Shown one piece after another: positions 1 to 13,389 of a DNA stretch of 64,000 bases. Source of the DNA: Eledone cirrhosa (Eukaryota). The notes beneath the pieces were generated by a model that ran no database searches, had not been told where the DNA came from, and saw only the letters and a program-made list of their open reading frames with translations. A program made the position numbers and the translations under genes. Location of the stretch: assembly GCA_964016885.1 (NCBI GenBank), contig OZ024746.1:26040001-26104000 (forward strand), in the 5' to 3' direction. The first letter of the stretch is position 1; each line of letters begins with the position of its first letter.

Positions 1-204
1 GGGTAAAAAAACAACACTCCCAATATATATTTTCCTCAAAATGAATGAATTAGAAAAGTAATATTAGAAAATAAATTACCATTATCATAATTTTAATGTA
101 GAATTCTCCTGGTCCATAAAATGAAACAATAATGTAACTTTAGTAATTGTAAATCCCATAACATGTAAGTATACCGTAAGCAGGAAGATGAAAATATTGC
201 TACA

Positions 205-248
205 ATGTGTGTGTGTATGTATATATATATATACATACATACAAAGAT

Positions 249-305
<57 letters not shown>

Positions 306-316
306 CATACAAAGAT

Positions 317-377
<61 letters not shown>

Positions 378-381
378 TATA
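205..381. repeat. (TG)n/(TA)n microsatellite with a duplicated ACATACATACAAAGATCAAT interruption
   Basis: Read directly; explains the YIYI ORFs. Confidence 0.95.
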
Positions 382-460
382 GAGGAAATTGTTTAAAAGA
401 AAGTAAATTGTTCAGGTGATAAGCAAAAAAAAAAGAAGTATAAAGATAGATCAATATAAG

Positions 461-600
461 ATATGGCTGTGTGGTTAAGGAGTTTGTTTCACAACCATGT
501 AGTTTCAGGTTCAGTTTCACTGCACGGTACCTTAGACAGGTCTCTTCTATTATAGCCTGGATTTGACCAATGAATTGGGAAGAAAGAAACTGCAGAGGCA
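461..600 (+). mobile_element. Degenerate tRNA-derived SINE (family D); related copies ~16300-16448 (+), 17288-17425 (-), 44257-44400 (-), 61020-61170 (-)
   Basis: A-box-like TGGCTGTGTGGT, B-box-like GGTTCAGTTTC, shared GGCACCTTGGGCAAGTG-type body in several copies. Confidence 0.6.
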
Positions 601-673
601 GATAGTATACACACACTCACAACAGTTGCTAATTAGTGTGTAGCTTATCTGCAAGAGTTGCATTATGATGTCA

Positions 674-858
674 GGGCGGTGAATTGGCAGTATCAGTAGA
701 GGGTTGGATGCCATGCTTTCTAACATAGTTACGTCCCTTTACAGTCTGAGTTCAAATCCCGCCTAGGTTAACTTTGCCTTTCATCCTTACGGGGTCGATA
801 AAATAAAGTACCAGTAATGCACTGGGTAATTGCTGGCCTTGTGCCTAAAGTAGAAACA
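674..858 (+). mobile_element. Full-length tRNA-derived SINE (family A, MetaSINE-like core) with TSD
   Basis: GGCGGTGAATTGGCAG head, GAGTTCAAATCC B box, CCTTTCATCCTTACGGGGTCGATAAAATAAAGTACC core; ATTATGATGTC repeated at 662-672 and 859-869. Confidence 0.85.
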
Positions 859-2099
859 ATTATGATGTCTCATTGATAAACAGGAGTAGGCAGGTAAGAG
901 AACTCCATGTCAGTTGTATCTACCCAACTTAAAGGTGGTGATCAAACGTAACGGAGTTACTATGTATGAAATAAACGTTAAGACAGAAGTTACATAATCA
1001 TATTTATTACACCTCTTTCTGTGACACTAGTATGGAACTGTTATGTTCTCCGGACTTTCGCAAACATGGTAGCATTAACCAACAACATATCAACCTACTC
1101 TCATAATTATGTTAACATCTGATGACATCACACTGGTGCCGGTTACTATTGAAACGATTGCATAACAGCTCCATGCTGGCATCACAGAAATACATATAAT
1201 AAATATGATTATGTAACCTGTCTTTAACATTTATATTACTATTATACTTACTATTATATTTTTGTGGTAAAGGTGTTATTTCACATAATTATTTCACATA
1301 ATATCGAATCTATGAGATTTTGATATTTATTTTGAGAACAATACCTTAACGTCAGTATGAGTGGCCAGTTTGAACAGAGAGGGATGAGAGAATTCTGGCC
1401 GGATATGGCCGGTTTAAATGCTAAAGGGTTAATGTTTATTTCATATATATATCAAACCTCAAACAGAAGAACTGACCCAAATGTTTGCATGGATCAGGTG
1501 ATGGTATTAAACCAGACAAGGTATTAAATCTGTTACAGATGAATTTTAACTTAGTATGCAAAGTGGTGAAGCAAACATCACAAGGTATCTTATCCACTGC
1601 TCTAACAATTGCACCATCCATCTCCTTGGACAGTTAATTTATTTCATCAACCCTGAAAGGTTGAAAGTCAAAGAGTTATCCTCAGAACCCATATAAGTCA
1701 GAAGAAATGCTCTACTAACCCTGTCAATTTAGCACCCCATGTTATAAATATGATATCGATCTATCTATAGATTGTGTTCAGCAGGTTTCAGACCAGCTGA
1801 TATAAACTCCTGATTGTTCTAAGCATTAATTAATTAGTAGCAAGTGTTCATTAGATAATGAACATCTGTCGGTGAAAGATAGTAACATCAACATTCAACT
1901 TTTCCTATCAGTAGTTATCAATACAGACTTTTATCAATGTTATAAATTAGTTGAACAAATTCATAATCATCATCGTCATCATTTTACATCTGCTTTTCAT
2001 GCTGGCATGAATTGCATGGTTATCATGGCCCGTGACAAGGCAGGACAGATGACAATGTCTTGCTTATAGATTCCTTTTGGGTATAGTTTCTACATCGTG

Positions 2100-2375
2100 T
2101 GCTGGTGCATTTTATAGTGGCACATTCTGTAAAGTGATAGTGCTGATGTCGTGATAAAATGTACCTCTGAGTACACTTTGTAAAGTGGTAGTGCCATGAT
2201 AAAATGCAACTAGTACGCTAAAGTGGTAATACTGGTACCGTGATAAAATGCAGCTCATACACTCTGTAAAGTGGTTGTGCTGGTGCCATGATAAAATACA
2301 CCTAGTACACCTTGTGCTGGTGCCATGATAAAATACACCTAGTACGCCATGATAAAATGAAATCAGTAAACTCTG
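2100..2375 (+). repeat. Degenerate tandem array of a ~30-48-bp unit (GCTGGTGCCATGATAAAATACACCTAGTACACTCTGTAAAGTGG); similar array at ~4030-4450
   Basis: About 7 units visible; unit resembles the RTE 5'UTR motif at 30097-30140. Confidence 0.75.
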
Positions 2376-3399
2376 TAAAAAACTCAAGACTATGTGGTTG
2401 TGAAACAAACTTTTTAAGAACACATGATTAAGAATGATTTCCTGAAGTGGAGCAGAAACCCCCCCCCCCCCCAGTTAAATAAGGTACTCAATACATTAAT
2501 ATATTTATTTCATATAAAAATTAATTCTACATGACTAGAACTGTTTCATTCATTTGAAATCATTATGAAAATATTTTAACATTCGTTCTCCTTATAAACA
2601 CGTGCACACACATATACACACACACAGCACACACACACATATATATAGACACTCACACATACACAGACATATATATATATACACACACATAACATCATTT
2701 TGGTTATATCTTTCAGTTAATAAGAGAAGAAAGTGCCATTCATGATTGAAATTTACTAAACATATTCACTTGAAACACACCAGAATAGCAATATTTCCAT
2801 CTAAATAATGTGATTTGCTCAATTTTAAACATACAGGCTATTAGTGTTTGGTCTGTGTCATATTCTGACCATTCGATGATGGTCATTATATTGACTGAAA
2901 GAAAATAGTATGAAATGACCAGTAGTGGTTGATATACATGGATAATTTAGTTTTTGTTATGCAATCCATGCTAAATATTAAGGTGAACGGATGAAAAGAG
3001 TGATGGAAATACATGTGGAAGGAGGACGAGGAAGACCAACAAAGACATGGCTAAAAATGATTGGAGGAGGAAATGAGAGCTAGGGGATTCATGAGGCAGG
3101 ATGCAGACAATAGTGCAAAATAAAAAGCTTGTCATGGGCCTGCAAGGCCAACCCTACATGCTGTAATATGTTACATATTTATATCTATCTCTCTCTCTAT
3201 ATATATATATATATACATGTAGAAACATCTATAAAAGGCTAACATGTACAACAGTAAATGAATGCAACTTTTATATCAGGGAAACTTTCCAATCAAAATG
3301 TGACTAGAACAGAGGAGTAGTGAACAGTAAGGGTATTTGTGAAATAGACTCCCTCGAAAGTCCAGAAGTCACACTAAAAATAGTAAAAGGCTTTTGCAC

Positions 3400-3950
3400 A
3401 CTAGGTGACCTCACTAGTAGTGGAGGTGGGTGTACTGTAAATGCTGTAGACTGAGGGAGAATGTGGAGCGAAGAAGTTCAGGGTATTGTTATCTCTGCTG
3501 GCAACAAAGGGCCTCTCTCTCAGAGTGAAGGGTAAATTATATGTTGCATGTGTTTGAACTGTATACTGCATTGCAACAAGATGTGGGTCCAGACTGCAGA
3601 AAATTTGTAGCAGCTAAAAAGAAATGATGTATGTATGCTCCATTGGGTGTATAATGTTAGTATGCATGAATGACAGATCACAAGTAAGCTGAGAATAAAG
3701 CTGAGTATAAGAGGAATTGAATGCAGTGTTCAAGAGAAATGATTGTATTGGTAAGGTCATGTGATATACAAGGAGAGAAAGAGTTGTATAAAAACATGCT
3801 GAGCACTTGAATTAGAAAGAACCTGTGGTAGAAGGAGACCAAATAAAGTATAGGATGAAGTTTTGAAAAATGACCCCCAAGAAACTGAACCTCACGAAGG
3901 AGATGAGACTCGATTGTGTTGACTAAAAAAGATCTGTCCATCAGTACTAG
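3400..3950 (+). mobile_element. Decayed RTE LINE 3' fragment
   Basis: LGDLTSSGGGC-like start, then degenerate similarity to 32700-33230 with many stops and indels. Confidence 0.7.
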
Positions 3951-5012
3951 CACTGTGATGTTAAAAGTGTGGTGAGAGTTTTATTGGAGTAGAGAAATCC
4001 CTCTTTAACTTGCAATGGGTGAAACTACCTTTCTAGTGTTGGTGTCACAATGAAACATTCAATACCCTCTTTAAAGTGGTGAACAAACAAACTGAGACAA
4101 TGTGTGTTACCAAGGATCCTTTGGCACTGTTGAGACCATGACACTCTCTCTAGTGTTAGTGCTACAATAAATGCACCCAGTATACTCTGTAAAGGGGTTA
4201 GCAGTTGAATAGAGACAATATAGAGTAAAGAAAACTCTTCATTCTTTCTAAATTACAACCTTTCCAGTGCTGGTGCCATGATAAATTTCACCCAGTACAC
4301 TCTGTAATTAAGTAGAGCTTGTGCCAGAATAAAATAGATCCAGTACATTCCAGTACAAGTGTTAGTGCTGGTGCTACCATAAAATACACCCAGTACACTC
4401 TATAAAGTGGTATTGCTGGAGCCACAATAAAATGCACTCAGTACACTGGATAAAGATTCCAACTGTAGAAACCATGCAAAAAGTGAGACATATGAGCGAT
4501 ATAAGATCCTAGGATCTGTTGTGTAATCTTGGATCATGACACTTTACCCAACTCATGCCAGCAGGGAAACAAAAATAGAGACACCCCCCCCCCGCTAAAA
4601 ACTGATGATGGCATGATACTTCCTAACGCAACAAATTGAATGCTGGTTATTAAGTGTATTTACACTTCTTTGATACACACACACACATAATATATTTACA
4701 AACAAATTAAGTGTAGAAGTAGCTATCGTATATATATGTTTGTGCTAGCTTATTAAACATAAAGCAATATAAAAAAATATATATATTGAAAACTACTTTA
4801 AAAGACTAATAACAACAACAACAACAACAACGATGGTTCGAGAGGGTGGTGGGGACAAACATCAAAGACGTGAACAAAAAAAATACAGTTAATAAAAAGA
4901 AAGATGAAAGGAAACATCTTCAAACAAAAATATTGCATAGGAAATGTGACTGAGATGGGGGGGGGGGGCTGATGTACTACTACAGCTGCTGCTACTATTA
5001 CTACTACTACTT

Positions 5013-5226
5013 TTAATTGTTTCTACTTTTGGCACAAGGCCAGCAATTTGAAGGGAACCAGGAAAAGTCGATTTAGTCAACATTTTATTGGTATTTTATT
5101 TTATCAACACCGTAGAGATAAAAGATAAAGCCAACCTCGACGGTATTTGAACTCAGAATGTATAAGGCCGTAACTATATGCCGCAAAGCGTGTTGTACGC
5201 TCTACCTATACTACCAATCTTCCGTC
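5013..5226 (-). mobile_element. SINE family A, degenerate
   Basis: Reverse-complement similarity to 674-858. Confidence 0.75.
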
Positions 5227-5259
5227 TTAATAACAACAATAATGATTTCTTCATTAGCT

Positions 5260-5790
5260 ACACAGGGGTTATATCAAGAAAAAGATGGCACAGGGCGACA
5301 ACAGCTGTTTGATATAACTCCATAAGTCAGCAAAGTTGAGACAGTGGATGAGTGTATGCAAGATAGTTTTATCGCCCTGCATGCATTTCAGACAGGCCTT
5401 GCTGATGGCACTTTCATCTGTGTAGAATATACTAAACTGGCAATGACGCCCTCCCGTAACACTCACAGGTCAAGGTTTTCTGGAAATTATCCATAGCCCT
5501 GAACCAAAAGTCTTCTGGAAAAGATTAGTTGATTTTCATTGATACCTAGAGTCACTCTGATAATATTATCGCTTTTAGCTGTCACTAATCCTCTGTGGAA
5601 CATCCCAACTGACAGAGAGCTGTGAGTGCTTGACAACATTCCAGTTGCCAAGCGCTCCCTGTCAATCTTTGCGTAACCCTATCGCTGCATCTGTATAAAA
5701 GATATGAGGTGAGGAAAAATGCATTTGACAAATGGCGAACTCAGCAGTTCAACCTCAAGGAAATGCTGGAGATGTCACAGCCTTAGCACA
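5260..5790 (-). mobile_element. Fossil L1/Tx1-clade LINE C-terminal region
   Basis: ORF 5269-5466 contains CLKCMQGDKTILHTLIHC..ADLW, resembling the CCHC zf-RVT motif (CxxC..ET.xHxxxxC) of L1/Tx1 ORF2. Confidence 0.55.
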
Positions 5791-5796
5791 TGTCTG

Positions 5797-6192
5797 GTCC
5801 CTTTACAGTCTGAGTTCAAATCCCGCCGAGGTTAACTTTGCCTTTCATCCTTACGGGGTCGATAAAATAAAGCACCAGTAATGTACTGGGTAATTGCTGA
5901 CCTTGTGCCTAAAGTAGAAACAATTATTAGTTCAAATCCCGCCGAGGTTAACTTTGCCTTTCATCCTTATGGGGTCGATAAAATAAAGTACCAGTCACGC
6001 ACTGGGGTCGATTTAATCGACTTTCCCCTCCCCCCAAATTACTGGCCTTGTGCCTATATAAGAAACCCTTATTAGTTCAAATCCCGCCGAGGTTCACTTT
6101 GCCTTTCATCCTTACGGGGGTCGACAAAATAAAGTACCAGTAATACACTGAGATAATCGCTGGCCTTGTGCCAAAAGTAGAAACAATTATTA
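5797..6192 (+). mobile_element. Three tandem 5'-truncated family A SINEs
   Basis: AGTTCAAATCCCGCCGAGG...GTCGATAAAATAAAG unit three times head-to-tail. Confidence 0.85.
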
Positions 6193-6404
6193 ACCATGAC
6201 ATGCCTAGTCCTATGGATATTGTCTGGCAGCCTACAGACACTGCCCATGTAAAGATGAAGAAAAAAAGAAGAGGAGACAATTTCGAGACACATAAAAGAT
6301 AAAGAGTAAAGTGAAGTATAAATATATTCTATAATTGTGTGTATTCTAGCATATCTTGCAGGAAATAGAGAATTGTAAAGTAGAGAGATAGGGGGGTGAG
6401 GGAG

Positions 6405-6546
6405 AGAGAGTTCTATAGCTGGTTACGACAGGGGGGGGGGACCTATGGCTGGTTCCTAGAGAGAGTTCTATAGCTGGTTTACTAGAAAGAGAAAGTTCTA
6501 TAGCTGGTTACTATATATATAGAGAGAGAGCTCTATAGCTGGTTAC
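6405..6546. repeat. Minisatellite AGAGAGTTCTATAGCTGGTTAC, about 5 imperfect units
   Basis: Read directly. Confidence 0.75.
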
Positions 6547-7611
6547 TTCAGAGATATCAGACCAATGTCTTTGTAGTGCCTGGTTTATTTTGTTTTGGTT
6601 TGTTAATTGTGTAATTCCTTTTTTATTGTGTGTGTGTGTGTGTCAAAATGTGTTTTCTATACGAATTAATCAGGGGTGTTAGTGATAGTGGTGTCCTCTC
6701 TCTTTCTGTCAATGACAGCTCACTTAGATTTCAAAGAGCTCAATTATATTCATACAATATCTACTACATATATAGCCTGAAAAGACATGTAGAAGTCTAT
6801 TGAAATATGGTGAAATAAGATAGTTTTCATTCTGGTCATTGAAGTTTGTGTATGTAATCGAGGAAAAATAAGACATTAAAAGAAATTTCGAAAACTTAGA
6901 AATTAAAGAACTTGTTTTTAAATTAAGAAAAAAAAAAAAAAAAATTATGTCCAACCCACACCAGCATGGAAAGTTGACATACAATGATGATGATGATGAT
7001 TATTTTAAATTAAAAAAAATGTTAAGTTCTAACAAGCAATAAAACAATTTTTTACTCTTACTGGTTTCAGTGAGAGTGCAACCATATTGGGGCACTGTCT
7101 GAAAGTGGAACATAACTTCAAGATTCTTGCATAGAATTATCATGAAATCTTTTGAAGATATGTTAAAAGTAGGGGTGGTATCAACTAACGAGTGATCAGA
7201 TTTATTGATGTCTGGCATACCCACCTCCTCATATATATCAACAGGTGGCTGTTGACTATAATTATCACCCCCCCCCCCATCTAAAGATGTTGTGTCACCT
7301 TGTCATGAGCTCTCAAGATGACAAAAAACATACACCAACATCCAATCCTCTAGACAAATGTTACTTCAACATAGGATGTAACAGTATGAGCATCCAGAGA
7401 TAGGATGTGTGCACTTTATGGAATTTCTGCCCACCTATTTTTAAACATAACAAACTAGGCCACTTTCCCGGTGGTATCAGGTTCCTGTCTTCTTTCCTAC
7501 TTATCAGGATTTTTTGTGTTAGCTTAATTTACTTTTAGACCTTTCGGTTATAGGTTTTTTTTTTCCATGTTTGGAATTTCACCCTTTCCATACAATTAGC
7601 TCTAAGGACTG

Positions 7612-7613
<2 letters not shown>

Positions 7614-7688
<75 letters not shown>

Positions 7689-7707
7689 AGAAAGAGAGAG
7701 AGAGAGA
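7614..7707. repeat. (GA)n microsatellite
   Basis: Read directly. Confidence 0.95.
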
Positions 7708-7797
7708 ATGCTGACTGTTGGTATGAATTTGCTCTCACTCCTCACCTTTTCTTTTGTCTTACATTTGTGTTCCATTTTGAAAGATCATAATGTCTGA

Positions 7798-8453
7798 CTA
7801 GCAGAAAAACCAGCCTTCGGTTGTTTTTCTGCTAGCATGTGTAGTATGCATTATACGCAAATGCATGTAGATATGGTACGTCAAATAAAATCGTAATTGA
7901 CAATATACACAGAAATTGAACGAAGTCTGTGTTACACTCTCTTATGTAATCAGTAACGTAATCCATGATACATTAAAAAAAGACGATATTATATATAAAG
8001 TGCATATATGATAAACTAAAATGTTATGAAAAGGAAAAAGGAGAAAATTAGCGACGGAAATATAAACCTTATATAACGGTGAAAATATATGAACGTTTAT
8101 ATAAGCGATGTGATGAGTGTTATGATATAACTGACGCTACCCGGAAGTATTGACATTTGAACATTTTAAAGAAGTGAATGTTAAAATAAGCAATACTTTA
8201 TATATAAAAATATTTATGTTTAATCAAGAGGTACGAAATTTAGTAGATAAATTAGATAATAACTATTCATTATTTATTCAATGTAAAAGGCGAAAGACTT
8301 ATCCGCTTTGGGTGAAGAGAAACCAGAGTAAATAAATAAATAAATAAAGAAATCATTATTTATTCAATGTAATCCAACTTATTTTACTAACGGGATAAAC
8401 ATATATAAAACTCACGTTGTTCCGCACTCCTTCCTTTATTATATTATATAAGA
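7798..8453 (-). mobile_element. Candidate non-autonomous Helitron (~656 bp)
   Basis: Minus strand begins A^TCTTATATAATATAATAAAGG and ends CAACCGAAGGCTG (hairpin)-GTTTTTCTG-CTAG^T; no TSD; interior visibly richer in CpG than flanks. Confidence 0.55.
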
Positions 8454-8454
8454 T

Positions 8455-8638
8455 GGCGGTGGATTGGCAGTATCGGTAGAGGGTCGGACGCCATGCTTTC
8501 CAGCATAGTTACGTCCCTTTACGATCTGAGTTCAAATCCCGCCGAGGTTGACTTTGCCTTTCATCCTTACGGGGTCGATAACATAAAGTACCAGTAATGC
8601 ACTGGGTATTTGCTGGCCCTGTGCCTAACGTAGAAACA
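8455..8638 (+). mobile_element. Full-length young SINE family A with 17-bp TSD
   Basis: ATTATATTATATAAGAT at 8438-8454 and 8639-8655; intact A and B boxes. Confidence 0.92.
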
Positions 8639-8690
8639 ATTATATTATATAAGATGGATAAAAAAAAAATCTAACACACACATATATGTA

Positions 8691-8759
<69 letters not shown>

Positions 8760-8947
8760 TCATCCTATAAGTTTATTGCCTGCCTTCCGGCTTTTCTTGT
8801 GCCTTTTATATCTATATATCTATGCATGGTCTTGGATACGTTTGTCTAGGTAATATTAACTGTGTATGCTCTGACTGGTTCTTTTTGCTACTCCTTTGTC
8901 ATCAAGTGATTGCCAGACAATATAATTGATATTATTGTGTATTGATC

Positions 8948-8991
<44 letters not shown>

Positions 8992-9142
8992 ATATATATA
9001 ATTTTGATCAATATATAGAGAGAGATACACAAACACCCATTACATGATATATATAAAGAGAGAAATTGTAAGTGTACAGTAAGTACATTTATAGTTTAGA
9101 TTGACTGATACAGAGATAATAATTAAAATTATTTGTAGTTAC

Positions 9143-9206
9143 CTGATTATAGACAGCGGAGAGGGGGGAGGGCAAAGTGGTAGCCAATATAATCCATATA
9201 TATAAT
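9143..9206 (-). other. Candidate 64-nt internal exon of an unidentified host gene
   Basis: Minus strand: CACTAAC branch point, long U-rich tract, TGTGTATAG acceptor; donor CAG|GTAACT; non-repetitive sequence. Confidence 0.45.
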
Positions 9207-9372
9207 CTATACACAAACAATAAAGAAAAAAACACGACAGTTAGTGTAAAGAAGGGAAATAGATGAAACAAAGGATATAATAGAAAAATAATTTTTGAAA
9301 AGATTAAGACAGTTAAGATAAATATATACATATTTTTCTGGATTGACTTCCCAAAGAAATATGTGAAAGTAA

Positions 9373-11115
9373 TGGTTTCTTATATAGGCACAAGGCCAGC
9401 AATTTTGAGGGAGGGGAAAGTCGATTAAATCGACCCCAGTACGTGACTAGTACTTTATTTTATCGACCCCGTGAGGATGAAAGGCAAAGTTAACCTCGGC
9501 GGAATTTGAACTCAGATCATAAAGGGCCGCAACACTATGCTGCAAAGCATGGCACCCAACCCTCTACCGATACTGTCAATCCACTGCCCTAATAATAATA
9601 ATTGTTTCTACTTTTGGCACAAGGCCAGCAATTATCCCAGTGTATTACTGGTACTTTATTTTATCGACCCCTTAAGGATGAAAGGCAAAGTTAACCTCGG
9701 CGGGTTTTGAACTCAGTCCGGAAAGGGACGTATAATAATGATTTCTGATTTAGGCAAAAAGCCAACAATTTTGGGGGGCGAGGAAAGTCGATTATATTGT
9801 CCCCAGGCCATTACTGATGCTTCATTTTATCAACCCTATAAGGATGAAAAGCAAAGCCTCCTTGGTGGGCATTTGAACTCAGAATGTAAAGGGACGTAAC
9901 TATATGCTGCAAAGCAAGTTGTCCAATGTTCTACTGATACTACCAATCCATCGCACTTAAAAGTAATAATGGTTTCTCACTTAGGTACAAGGCCAACAAT
10001 TTTGGGAGAGGGGCAAGTTGATTTAATCGACCCCAGTAGTGCGATACCAGTACTTTATTTTATCCACTCCATAAGGATGAATGGTAAAGCTAATCTCGAC
10101 AGGATTTGAACTCAGAATGTAAAAGGATGTAACTATATACTGCAAAGCATGTTGTCAAATGATCTACTGATACTGCCAATCCACCACACTTAATAATGAG
10201 GAAGATGATTTCTAATTTAGGCAAAAAGCCAGCAATTTTTGTGAAAAGTCAAAGTTGATAAAATCAACCCCAGTGACTGACTGGTACTTTATTTTATCAA
10301 CCTGGAAAGGATGAAAGGCAAAGTTGATCACAGTAGGACTCAAACTTAGAATGTAAAGAGCCAGAACAAATATCTCAATGGTATTTTATTAAACACTACC
10401 AATTCAGCCAATCCACCATACCTATATATAATAATAAGTTTTCTAACAAAGGCACAAGGCCAGCAATTTAGGGGGAGAGGAAAGCTGATTATATATACCC
10501 CTAAAAGGGTAAAGACCCCCTTCAGTCATGATTGACTATGGGATTAGCACTTAGAAAGTTCCCCTCTGAGGCACAAGTCCCGGCAAAGTTGTTTTGTTGA
10601 AGACCAGCAGTTACCCATACATACCAGTCACCTCTCTCCATGCCACAGATATTGTCCAAGGGAAAGATAATGGCCAATACAGCTTGGCACCAGTGATGTC
10701 ACAACTCATTTCTACAGCTGAGTAAGCTGGAGCAATGTGAAATATAGTGTCTTGCTCATGAATACAACACATAGCCTAGTCCGGGAATTGAACTCATAAC
10801 CTCACAATTGTAAGCCCAATACTCTAACCACTAAGCCAATTAACTAGTACTTTATTTATCAAGTCTGGAAAGATGAAAGACAAAGTTGGTCTTGAAAGGA
10901 ATTGAACTCGGAATGCAGACAACCAGAACAAATACTGCAAAGCAGTTTATCTGACACTCTAACGACCCTGTAAATCCACTGCCTTTAATGATTTCTGATT
11001 TAGACACAAGGCCAACAATTTGTGGAGAGAGGAAAGTCGATTAAATTGACCCCAGTGCATTACTGGAATTTTATTTTATCATCTCCATAAGGATGAAAGA
11101 CAAAGCTAACCTCGA
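9373..11115 (-). mobile_element. Cluster of about 7 co-oriented family A SINEs, one split by a CORE-type SINE (10503-10838, -)
   Basis: Repeated TTTCT..TTAGGCACAAGGCCAGCAATT...GGATGAAAGGCAAAG...TTTGAACTCAG units separated by (AAT)n. Confidence 0.85.
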
Positions 11116-12186
11116 CCTATCTAGTCATGGACTGTGACAACACATCCAACCCATGCTAGCATGGAAAGTGAATCTAAAATGATGATATTGATGATATAGA
11201 GATTTTCAACTAGAGTTGGTATTTCTGATGACAATCTCTGCAGACAGGCAACTTTCTATCGTTATCAGTCGACTTTACTGGTTCCATCCAGATCTAATCT
11301 GACTCGAACTAATCCAGCAATCCCTTGTGCAGTTTTTAAACTGAATATCAAAGTTACTAATGGATTAAGTAGATGGAATATTGATTAGAAAGATGACCAT
11401 TGATGTGTTCTGTGATCTTTCACAAGAAACTAGGAATTATTCTATTTTTCAGTCATGTGATTGTTATTTCTCTTTTCTCAACTTTTTCATTACCATATTT
11501 CTATTGAAACATTCTGCCTATGATTTTCAAATATTTTTTTAATACTCAAGAAGCTAGAGTAATTTAGTTATATAACTAACTTTCAACTTTCTCATTATTA
11601 AACTTTATTCTTTAATCTTGAAAAGACCTTGTATTTATTGAACAAAAGTTATACAATGATGAAAAAAAGGATAAAAACAAAGTTAAGTAATGAAAAGGGA
11701 GAAGGGGTAAAATAGGGCAGATCTGGCTGAATAGGAAAGTAAAGGAAAGGACTATAAATATCATAACTGAGAGGAAAAGGAGGGAAAGCGCAAGGACTAT
11801 TATGCAAATGATTAAACTGATGTTTGGACTATAACAAAGGGAAGTTTAAACCAAAGATAAGATTAAAACTAATACTTATTTCATTTTAATTTCATATTAT
11901 GTAATAACTTTTATAACACACCACCCTAAAGAAAAAGGAAAGTAAATTTCCAAAATAGGAACCTATCTGTGGTTAGAAAATAATTTAAATTAAATTTTTA
12001 TTAATTCAACATGCCAATAAATATACCATTTGAATGTACAGGTGTTGTAAACATGAGAGATTGTCCTTGATGGCTCTCTTAAATGGTATAATGACAGAAA
12101 GTGATATGGAGAATCTGAATTAGAAATATACATACAACAAGAACAGTCAGGATTGCTAAGCATACTTCATTGGGGATGACTTACAT

Positions 12187-12528
12187 CAGGGGTCTCAAAC
12201 AGATGGCCAATAAACTACTTTCCTATAGCCCATAGAAAATTTGTTCCCCTACATTTTGTACTAATTCACAACAGAGACTGTTGGCATGAAATTGTGTTTG
12301 CTGGTGATGGATAGGATAGGACAGGAATTACCTTCTCCCATTTACTGACATGTGCATATCTATTTTGATGAAAAAAAAGAAAAAAAAGCAGCCTATCAGC
12401 TGTATTGCAGATTAGCATTATATCTGGTGGAAATCATGCACCTTCTACATCCTTTTACTTTTGGTCTGCTGTGCCTCATCCCCAGGATGTAATGGCTATT
12501 TTAAGTCTTTGAGTCTAAGACCCCTCTG
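12187..12528. mobile_element. Possible hAT-type MITE remnant
   Basis: Imperfect terminal inverted repeats CAGGGGTCTCAAAC ... GTCTAAGACCCCTCTG. Confidence 0.4.
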
Positions 12529-13389
12529 GCTTACATGTTGCCAGAACATGTTCCAATGATGCATAACCTCTACACTGAAAACACTCAGCAGTGTCATTCC
12601 ATTCCCACCACCTTCACAAACACACACACACAAATATATATATGACTAAAGATAAAAGGTAGAAGTGACTAGGTTATGGGGGAATATAACAATAGCTACA
12701 TAAACTATAGCATTTCTCATGTAAGAGAATAATAAAAGAACAAGAATAGATGGGAATAACTGAATATAGGAATATAGGAATAGAAGTGGCAGATTGATCT
12801 GAAAGGAAGGCAGAGAAAAAGCAACATGGCATGTACTTTTAATTTAGTTGTAATAAGATGGAACATAAGGTGAAGCTTTTATATGGTGGTGTTGATGGTA
12901 GTGATGTTGGTGATGGGGATATTAGTGTTGGGGATAATATTGGTGGTGATGATGATGATAGTGGTGGTGTTGGTGATAGTGATGGAAATAACGATTATGT
13001 GTGTGTGAAGTCAAATTTAACTGATCTAAGATGAATGAAAAATAAATAAGGGGAGTGGAGTAAAAGAAAAAAGACAGAGAGAGAGAGAGAGAGGGTGGGA
13101 AAGGGGAGGCAGTTGTGAAACAGGGGATGAGGTGAAAGGGGGGAAGGTGAAGAGAAGGGGAAGGTGAGGAGGGGGGAAGATGAAGAGGTGAAGAGAAAGG
13201 GGAAGATGAGGAGGAGGGAAGATGATGAAGAGAAGGTGAAGTCTATGAAGAAGAGATTGGGGGTTAAGAAACATGTTGAAAAAAAGAGAAAGGTGTGATG
13301 AAAGATGAATGGAATGAATGAATGAATAAAATTTCACAGGAAATAAAAGAGGAGTTAATATTGATCAATATAAATACATGCTTACACCC

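Noticed and set aside
1119-1165. CTGATGA...GAAACGATTG as a hammerhead
   Set aside because: No stem II adjoining GAAA and no convincing NUH triplet with stem I pairing
7580-7775. Minus-strand mini-gene MEHKCKTKEK|gtgagg with a (CT)n acceptor
   Set aside because: The spliced frame stops after 9 more codons, and the acceptor arises from a microsatellite
13026-13337. Pro/Leu/Phe-rich ORFs here and at 57936-58493
   Set aside because: Low-complexity purine-rich tracts with no domain or splice support
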